A stretch of 64,000 nucleotides of DNA, taken from IMG/VR virus record IMGVR_UViG_3300006793_000020. One strand, written 5' to 3'. Position 1 is the first letter of the stretch; each line of letters begins with the position of its first letter. The stretch is from an uncultured virus (IMG/VR IMGVR_UViG_3300006793_000020) (lineage: Duplodnaviria > Heunggongvirae > Uroviricota > Caudoviricetes). Shown here one piece after another: positions 20,201 to 29,700 of this stretch. Position numbers and translations under genes: made by a program. The notes under the pieces are model-generated. The model ran no database searches. It saw only the letters and a list, made by a program, of their open reading frames with translations, and was not told the DNA's origin.

Positions 20201-20794
20201 GACCCAGCTACAACTAATATTATTGATACATACGTACTATTAACAAGCTATGAGAACTTATTTAGATCGTGGGCAAAATATGACGGACGTGGTTATACTA
20301 AACCACAAACGCCTACTATCAGTAGTTTAAACGACTTGTTTAAGCGTTTAGACAACAAAAAATCAATCAGTGATCAAGTTATATACAGACCAGTCAAATA
20401 TAAAATATTATTTGGAAACTTGGCAAGTAGTGAACTACAAGCTAAATTTAACATAACCAAAACTACCAACTGTACACTAAGTGATACTGAAATTAAACAA
20501 GAAATAATACGTTTGATCGATCAATATTTTAATGTTGATAATTGGGACTTTGGAGAAACTTTTTACTTTACTGAATTAGCAGCATATATACACAACAACA
20601 CAGTTGGACAAGTTGCACAAGTTGGTATTGAGAGTGTTGATAACCAAGCAAGTACTAATGCATTATTTGAGATAATTAGTGACAGTGATGAACTGTTCCT
20701 ACCAGTAATAACAATAGGCGATATAACTGTAAACAAGAGTACAGCATATAATCCTACATCAATTGCAGCAAACAGTGGAGTTAACATTAAATGA
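17252..20794 (+). CDS. gp6: Baseplate wedge protein, gp6-like (1180 aa)
   Basis: DFDTIK, RENYLSTA, LGYNP, IVFGDGLYG, ESLQSIKDNA, QDRLVTAEDY; follows gp25. Confidence 0.88.
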   Translation: MAQGARQSSLFAAEDFSVIYESFAQANFQAYDFDTIKNAMVEYIDTNYPENFNDWISSSEFTSLLELMAFLGHNLAFRNDLNSRENYLSTAERRDSALRIAEFLGYNPTRNVVASGYLKIDTIKTSETVYDVDGNSLANVDLQFEDVTDPAAYQNFITVMNAVFIGSNQFGTPFSKSLRDGITNEIYRTTSTGQSPSSEFSATITGARSTFGAHSLYYDSNANRIQEKTPDPYGALDILYRNDNGGFSSPDTGFFLGFKQGTLQFRDFEITDGLPNLVLDIDDINVANGNIWVQNVDELGQVITNWSQVDRIFGLNSIYNNLNNNFRNIYTVSSREDDKISIVFGDGLYGNIPRGIIRVWYRTGLNRSYTLNPESFGQTTYNFNYTGNDGNTYRAVFTASLKSRVSNASERESLQSIKDNAGRFFSTQDRLVTAEDYSIFPLTVSENIRKIKSVNRVHSGHSRFRDFNDPTGSYSDAMQFLDDGYLYRQDIAARNVVSLPTNLNSEQTYSRYIKPLLDNPEVKNFFYDRQYYGPDGAYAPATQYTNTTANIVYYNANGSATDAFRWNQVTKGADTSTGYLTDDTSTIQRVKSNGIAPMDKIDINSIIEFVTPPYKIGYINSIKIVDGSTGYTSAPTVTITGAGTGATGTANIDGSGSVISITITNAGLGYDSATSITLSGGGASVQATATAVVKSANTQWVRVTGIYNDGLGIDNNTGTPTGIDMLGRGSITLSGVIPSGARIKRIIPSWSNDLTSAVKTNVLTLLTNNNSFGLRYDATTQEWAIVDGSDLVTSSLTNNDPSSWNRTYEGDTNGTGLDNSWIIRLNYTASQWEIVTRKTRYVFGSDEQITFANLNFAETFSSETLKPSQDNIKVLGINTKSTSNSLPLGTDYTMNAFGYFTYPDGYTDPNKIRLTLSSPTNDGYPINPSAFHDIVGDENINLGTKTVDGFTYEVRDDSGSNTVPGRGNLSSKYSRIADVNQVIDPATTNIIDTYVLLTSYENLFRSWAKYDGRGYTKPQTPTISSLNDLFKRLDNKKSISDQVIYRPVKYKILFGNLASSELQAKFNITKTTNCTLSDTEIKQEIIRLIDQYFNVDNWDFGETFYFTELAAYIHNNTVGQVAQVGIESVDNQASTNALFEIISDSDELFLPVITIGDITVNKSTAYNPTSIAANSGVNIK

Positions 20795-23700
20795 GTAAGT
20801 TTCATGCTAAACCGATAGTAGCTAAAAAATCTACTAGACCAGGTGAAAGTTCTGAATATGTCGGAACACGTAATACTGTAGATTTATTACCAGCAATCTT
20901 TCAAACAAGCGTTAACAAAAAGTTTTTAAACAGCACACTTGAACAGTTAATGTCAAGTGGTAGTATGGAAGCGGTTAATTACTATGTAGGTGATCGCAAA
21001 AATAAAGATGTTACTAGTGACAGATTTTTAACAGACGGCCGTAGTGCAGACCAACATCAGGTTGTACCAGGGGGAGTTGTTCGTGACAATCAAGATAATA
21101 TTATAGAAGCAATTTCATATGATGACTTGATTGATATGTTAAAGTTTAATGAAGTAGATACTACAAATGTAAACCGCATATTAAACGAACCAGGCTACAC
21201 ACTTGATTTGCCAATTAACTATGACATGTTTATCAACCATCATCACTACTTTTGGTTAGTAGACTTTTTACCAGTATGTACAATTCCAGTAACCGCAGCT
21301 GATCCTATTCATATTCCTGATATCATTGGCTTACCATATTATAAAACACCTACACTGTCAAATGGAAAACAGTTGGCATTCCAAAACGGAATGCGTGTAC
21401 GATTTACTGGTGCAGATGCAAGTGGTAGTTCAGAGTATAACAAAGACCACACTTATATTGTAGACGGTGTTGGCACTGGTATCTCACTAACAAAGCAGTT
21501 TGAAGGTCCTGGAACATATGGTTTTGGAAAACGTGTTTGGTTTAACGACACAGTATATGGTGCACAAGAGCCTAGCCAATGGGATACTGATGATTATGAT
21601 TTTACTTACCCAACATATGACTTCACATCTTATGATGTATTAAGTAGAGATTATGTAGTAGAGGAAAGAAACAGTCCAGATCAAAGTGTTTGGAGTAGAC
21701 GTAATCTCTGGATACATGAAGATGTAGTTAAAATTATTGCAGACTACACTGACTATCAACATCCTGGTGTTACAGCATCGACATACTTACAAGACAATTT
21801 CCGTGGTGTTCGTCCTATTATTGAATTCAAAGCTGGTATTGAAAAGTATAACTTTGCAACTAGTAGTTTAGGTAGTGTAACACACATTGTTGATAATGTT
21901 GCTGATCCTTTTGGTGAGATTATAGGACAAACAAACTGGAACTTAGCAGTACAAACTATTACAGCATCTTGGACTAGCCAGGGCTTTGAATATGGATCAA
22001 GTGTAAAGCTCACAAGTAATGGTGTAGATAGTTTTTGGAACTGTATTAAAACACACACTACATCTAAAAACCCAAGCTATGTTGAAAATGCACAATATTG
22101 GAGCAAAGTTGAAGCACGTAACTTGGCGGATGGCGATACTATACTGTTTTTAAATTCATCAGTTGGATTTAACAACAACATTTATAGTGTACAAGTAAAC
22201 AGCGGCGGCACAGTTACCGGGCTAACACAAATTTATGGACCAAGTGCAACCACTGTACCGGTTAAAGCAGGTATTAATGTACGTATAGGTTACAACAACG
22301 TATTAGGCGAAACATATCCAAACAACATTTACAGTGGCAGTGAATGGTACTGGGACGGTAACGAGTGGATTTATGCACAACAAAAATCATATCGCAGTCA
22401 AGGTATCAAGTTTAACTTATATGATACAACACTAACACCTTTGGACAATAGTACAAAATATCCAAATAGTACGTTTGCAGGCGATAATATTTTTAACTAC
22501 GGTACTAGTAATACAAAACAAGATATTGCACTAGGATTTAGCCCACGTTATGTAGATTACGGCAACACACCAGGACTAGGTTTTGATATAGATCTTGGAA
22601 GTAAACGTTATAACTATGTTGAGTTTAACTCAGTTGATAGCCCAACAAATAACGATGCAAGTAACACTAACGAAATAACAGGATTTTACTACTACAAAAA
22701 AGATGATGAGTATTACAATGGCTGGAGCGAAGTTAGAGACCAACAACCAGTCAAGCAACATATACAACACGTAGCAACTAATGTAAGTAAACCACTTGTT
22801 ATTGATATTGGCACTACAGACATTGAGTCATACGATACCTTTAAATGGTCAGAGCGCAAAAACAAGTTGCAAGTGCATCAGTATAACAAAACACATACAC
22901 GTTCTGATTCTATACGTGTTAATGGACTTAATCCAAGATTGTTTATTGATAGAAACAAGACATATAATATTGTTACAAATTTTGATATATACGATCTAGA
23001 GTTTTTAAATCCAGACGGAACAGCATTTACAGTTGCACAAAATATATCGTTAAGCACACCATCTAATAACGAGCGCACACTATTGGTTCCAGATACATTT
23101 TTTAATGCTGTTATCTTATATCGTCGTGTTAGTGATGTAAACGTATATGGATACATTTATGTAAACAGTAATAGCATTGCAGACAACCTAACCATTACAA
23201 AAAATGGTGAACCATTTACTGCATTTACATTAGCTAATAACAAAGTAACTATTTCAAATGGTATACTTGCTACTGACGACTTAATTGATATTGAATGGCA
23301 TACATTGGATAACACACTGGGATCTGATACACCTGCTGATACACATATACTAAATCCACAAAATGAAGTTCTATCACAAGTTAGTTTTGGTGACATACTA
23401 AATCACATGAAACAGCAAATAACTGGTATACCTGGTCTAATTGGTGATTTTTATGGTATTAACAATTATAGAAACTTACCAAGAGTACATGAGTTTGGCG
23501 GTACTATTAGAAAACAAGCATACTCAACAGAACTTTTAACACAGACATCTATGTTTACAGACACAAATCTGTTTAGTAGTTTAAACTTTGCAACAAAAAG
23601 TTATAGTAATTTTAAGCGACAGTTTATACAAAAATGTAAGCAATTACACAACACATTAAACAGTTCTGCTAGTGTTATTACGCTAGTAGACGAAGCACTA

Positions 23701-26700
23701 AAGAGTATGAATATTGGTAAATCACGTGTTGATTTATTTGCCAATAGTCAAATGTTAAAATTTAAAGAGTTTGAAGAACTTAACAGTAGTTGGACAGCAA
23801 GTGACACACCTGTTTTTGATTTACCACAAACTGTTAACACATATGATGATACAAAAAATCATATACAAGTGTTTATACGTGAAGATGACGGATCCGGTAA
23901 TACAATCTGGCGTCCACTTATTAAAGACCAAGAATATACTGTTACACAAAACAAATTAACTATTACTACTAGTGTTACATATGACAGTAATGGTCAAGTT
24001 TTACTTAATGTCAGATGGTTTTCAGTTACTAGTCCAAGTTGGGTTCCACCAAGTGCAGTTAAATTAGGGCTAATGAAACCAACTGCAATTGAAGCTACTT
24101 CAACTGAAATTGTGGGGCATGATGGATCAAGAACACTACGTTTAGGTAATGAACTTTACAATCGTAATGTAGCTGGCTTTAACATTCAAGATGCAGTATT
24201 ATTTGAAATTGAAACTCGTATATACAATAACTTAACTGATATTGATATTGTTGATTACAAAGAAATAATGCCGTCAGCAAGTCTTCCAAATAGAAATACT
24301 TGGGAAGATTTAAACAATGCACTTCATACTAGCTTTAACAAATGGAAAATACGTAATAACGTTACTGTATTACATGATGCAACAGAATACTCAGCAAGTG
24401 ACCCGTTTACTTGGAACTACAGTAGTATGGCACCAGGCATTGGCGGCTGGAGAGGCTTATACACATATTACTTCAATACATATCGTCCAGATACACATCC
24501 TTGGGAGATGTTGGGATACAATAAAAAACCAACTTGGTGGGATGCGTCTTACAGTTGGACAGATGCTGCAAAACGTGCCGCACTTATTGGAGCGTTAAAA
24601 ACAGGACAGTATAGTGACCCTACAATTAGTCCTAAAAAGTATAATATAACATATGCATACAGTGCATATAATTGGGATATAGACACACTTGTAACAAATG
24701 CAGGAGTACTTAACGATCCAGATACTGCCAATGTAGTAGGAGGAACACCATTATATACAACAACTAACGATTTTGTATATGGTGATTGGGGAACTATAGA
24801 AAACACTTGGAGAGAATCAAGTGATTATAAAATAGCATTATTTCATGCATTACTTAAACTAAGACCGCTACGTATAACAAATGATTACTTCCGTAGTAAC
24901 ACAAGAACTAAACTTGATAATGTTAATACTGTACAGGTGTTGTTTAGTGATACAAATGATCTTGGAAACAACAAGTTAACTAAATTAACAAACAAAGAAT
25001 ACGATGAAAATATTGTTGAACTTGTAAATGTTGTTGACGGTGGTACTGGATATTCATCAGCACCACAACTTAATGTGTTTAGCAACTTCGGTAGCGGTGT
25101 AAAATTACAAGCAACAGTTGATAGTGGCAGTATTACAAGTGTAGCAGTAGTTGACCCAGGTGGCAATTATCAAACAACACCTTCAATCATACCTGCTGAT
25201 CTTGGTACTACAAAATTTACAGTTATCCTAGCATCAGATGTTAAGAGTTATATTGATGGACTAAACAATGCACTTGTTAACTTTGCAGAGCACAATTCAA
25301 CTAAAGTTGACACTATTGAAACACGTTTTAAAAATTATAGTACTAATCCTATTATCAAAGCAGGTGGGTTTGTTAACAACAACCAAGAGATTATCTTAGA
25401 AAGTAGTCAAGACAAGGGCCGTGTTAACATACCAGAAGAGAATATTAGCACTGTTCTTTATACAAGTCAACCAAAAGAAGAACTATTCCTTGGTGCAGTT
25501 AAAGTAACAAAAGTAGCAACTGGATATAAAGTATCTGGTTATGATACAACTAAAGAATATTTTACATACTTCAAACCACAAAAAGATGATGGATTTGTAA
25601 TAACAATTGCTGGTAGTCAACAACTTAACAAATACAAGTACCATAGTAATAGTGATAGTATATTAGATTACAATACTATTTTTGGTGATATTCAATCCTT
25701 GTACGATTTTATTATTGGTTATGGAGAATATCTACAAAGCAAAGGATGGAAAGATAGTTGGGCTAGTACCGCCGCACAAACAGTTATTTGGTCACAAACT
25801 GCTGAACTAACAGATATACATTATACTATACCAAACACAACAAAAATAGAGATCCTTGAAAACAACAACGGATACTTTAGTAATATTAACAATAAGTTTG
25901 ACGGACAGTATAATATAATTAGCAAAGCTGGCTTACAAATTTTAAATAACAAACTTACTATTACTCGTGACGTTATTGGTGAGGATGACGGTGTTACTGT
26001 TATTGAAGCTAAAAATGGTACAGAGATATATGGTATACGATTGTATCGTGTGGAAATTGAACACATGTTAATTATTGACAATCAGTCAAATTTTGATGAT
26101 TTAATTTATGATCCAGCACTTGGGCTACGCCACAAAAGAGTTATTTGGAGAGGTAGCCGTACTAAAAATTGGAACGGTAAATTATTTGCACCAGGTTATA
26201 TTGTAAATTCTAGCTCAGTTGTTCCAAACTTTGATACAGTTGCAAACGAAATAGATCAGTATTATGGTGCAGGTAATACACTAAGCAATCAACAGCAAGT
26301 GGACGCCGCAAGATTTAATACTGGATACAACAAGCCAATTTGGAACGAAGTTGTTGGTTTAGACGACGACACATTGTTTAACTTTGTTAAAGGTTCACGC
26401 AAATATCGTGGTACAAGACACGCTCTTAACGCATTTATGCGCAACACTGGACTATTTGGTACCCTAAGTACGGCAACTGTTCATGAAGAATGGGCAATAC
26501 GTACAGCAGACTATGGTGACACCCGTAGTAGAAACACACTAGAGTTTGAACTAACAACAGATTTACTTAAAACTAATCCACAACCAGTTCGCTTTAGCTC
26601 CACGGAGCTAAATGACGTTCTAAGTGACATTGTTATTGATGTAGATTTTAATAGCCCACTATTGGTTAACGGAATACCAGGCAATAACTTTACAACTAGA

Positions 26701-29700
26701 CCTCCTAAAACGTTTAACTACACAACTATTGAACAAGAAAATATATATGCAAATGACTTTGTTACAGCAGGATTACCATTATTAACTGAGACAGATTATC
26801 GTGTACTAAACAAAGAAGATTTTGCTAAGTTTCCACAAGAAGTAAAGCCAGCATACAAGTTTGATGGTAACTGGAAAACTATTAAGCAATGGGATAATAA
26901 GACAGCATACAAATATAAAGACCGTGTTATATATGCAGGGCGTGTATGGGAAATGCTTGATCCAGATGGAACAAGTGGATTAACTAAACCAAACGACCCT
27001 ATTGAAATAACTGCAACTGTAACATTACCATCTATACGAGCTAATGAAGAAACTAAAATCATTACAATTGATGGTATCGATGTAGAGCTAGAACAAACAA
27101 CTGATACAACCACGTTTGGTATTATCAATGTTACTGGTTCAAATAATATTGGTGATAGTAATGTTGTTCCTGATAACTCTACACTTATATTAGGATCAAG
27201 TAGTACAAACGCACGTACAGTTACTTTTGATAGTACAGTTACTACAACAACATATAATGATGTTAGTATTGTTGGTAATACTAGTAACCCGTCAATCACT
27301 GGTAGTTCTACTAAAGAGCTTATTATTGAAAGTCAAAGTATACTATTCAATGAATTAGAATCTACTACAACTAATATTTCTGCACTAAGTGTTTGGGAAG
27401 ATGCACTAACAATTGCTGGTGCTGGCGGAAGCATTCCTTCATTAGCTAGTGCTAGAATTACAGCAACTAGTAATCTTAGAACTGAGTTTTTACTTGTTGA
27501 CAGTGAAGCAAACTGGAATACTTGGTGGACTTCATATACAAGTAGTGCCGCAGGATTTAACCTTACATTTGCATTGTCAGAATACGGTGCTGGTCATGCT
27601 TATAGTAGTGCAGTTGGAAATCTAATTACTAGCGATGTAAACATTATCAATGCAGTACGTGGAACAAGTTATGTTCCAGCTGACGTTCTTGCTGGAACAG
27701 AAGTAGTTACAACACCTGATATTACTGCAACACAGAGTGCAGTTGGTGGCGGTACATATATAGCAGCTTGGAACACATATGTAAAAGGTACGTTTTCACC
27801 AAGTGTAATTTCAAATTCAACTATTATTGATACAATTAGCACATCTGGATTTAAAATATATAATGTAGCTGAAATTATTAACAAAATCAATGATCAAAGT
27901 ATTCCAAATGTATTAGCAACTGCAACGGCACAAAATCGTATTGCAATTACAAAAACAACAAATACACCAAGCAATCCATTTACACTAACAATTAGTGTTG
28001 CATCTGCAAATGCAGATGTTGGGTTTAGTACAATTGGTTCACAAACTGAGACAAGTAGTGGTTCTATTAACCTAAGTAGTCCAAATTTAACTATAACACA
28101 AGTTGTAAATCAAATCAACAATGCAAACATCAGTGGTGTTACAGCACAAGCAGGCGGTGTTAACCTTAATGTATTACAAATTAACAGTAACAATGAAACA
28201 CTTTATATTGGCAGTGGTACTGCTAATAGTATAATTGGACTAGGCAGTGGTGTTACAAATGCACCAATTACAACTACTACTGTTAGTAGTAGTGTTGACT
28301 TAAACTCAATCATTAATATTATTAATGATGCAGCAATTAGTGGCATTGGTGCTAGTAACAGTAACAATCGTTTAAAACTAACAAGTACCAACAGTACACT
28401 TGTTATTGGTGGCGGCACTGCTAATAGTATAGTAGGACTAACAGCAGGAACAATTAGTGCTACACAAACACAAACAAGTAACGTGTTTAATGCTTTTGTT
28501 GGTAGTGACGGCAACCAAGTATTCCAACAAATGGAAAATGACCCGCATGTGTTTAGTATTTGGGTCGCAGACAATGTTGGAGATGATGACAGTAGTACAA
28601 GTGGGTATGGTGTTTATCAAACTATGGACTTTGGTATGCACATTCAGAAAGCATGTGCTGGTAATAATGATGCAGATGATGCACTAATTAATATTAAAGT
28701 TGAAGATCACTTTGTAAATACACATAACTTTACTGCTGGAGACTATGTATTAATTGCAGGTAGTAACACAGTACCAAATATTGATGGTATTCATCTTGTA
28801 ACAGATGTAAGCTCTGCAAATACTGCTAGTTTCTTTATCGACGAATATATCCAAGAAGAAGGAAACGCAGGTAATGTTTATCCAATACGCAATGTTCGAT
28901 TCCCTGATTTTAATACACTTAATAGTCAAACAAACGCAACTGTAAACGGGTTATTCAAATACAACTTCCAGCGTGTTAGACAAGATAATTTACAATCACC
29001 AATATATGCATTTGTTGATGATGATGGAACTGGTGCGCCAGGCGTTTATACGTGGAATGGTTCGTTTACTAATAGTACAGGACACACTGGCGGAAATTGG
29101 GTCAAGGTTAGAACTAGTACTGCACAAGCACGTAATGACTTAGTTGAAAGTGTTAAACTATATGATGCATATACACGCAGTACAATTGCACAGCTTGAAG
29201 TATTTGATCCAGCAAAAGGAATTATACCTGGATTCATTGATGAAGAAATAGACTTTACACTAACAGCAGATATTGCAGTATATAATTACAATTCAATTGA
29301 TGGCTTTACTGAAAATACCAAATCTTGGACAAGTAATGAAGTAGGTGTGCGCTGGTGGGATATCAATACCGCAATCTATGTAGACTATGAACAAAGTAGT
29401 ATTGATTATAAACAAGCATATTGGGCAAGATTATTTGATGGTGCAAGTATTGATGTATACGAATGGACCAGAAGTAGTGTACCACCAGAAGAGTGGCAAG
29501 AACTTGTACTTCGCAAGGGCGTTGTTGACGGAAGCCCAGCAACTGGTGTACCATTATCATCAATTATTGACAATGAAGTTGTTTACAACTGGACAGAAGA
29601 AATATTCTATAACAGTAAAACTAAACGTACTGAAAAAAGCTACTACTTTTGGGTTAAAGATAAACAAAACAACACAGGGTCAAATCGTAATTACAACACT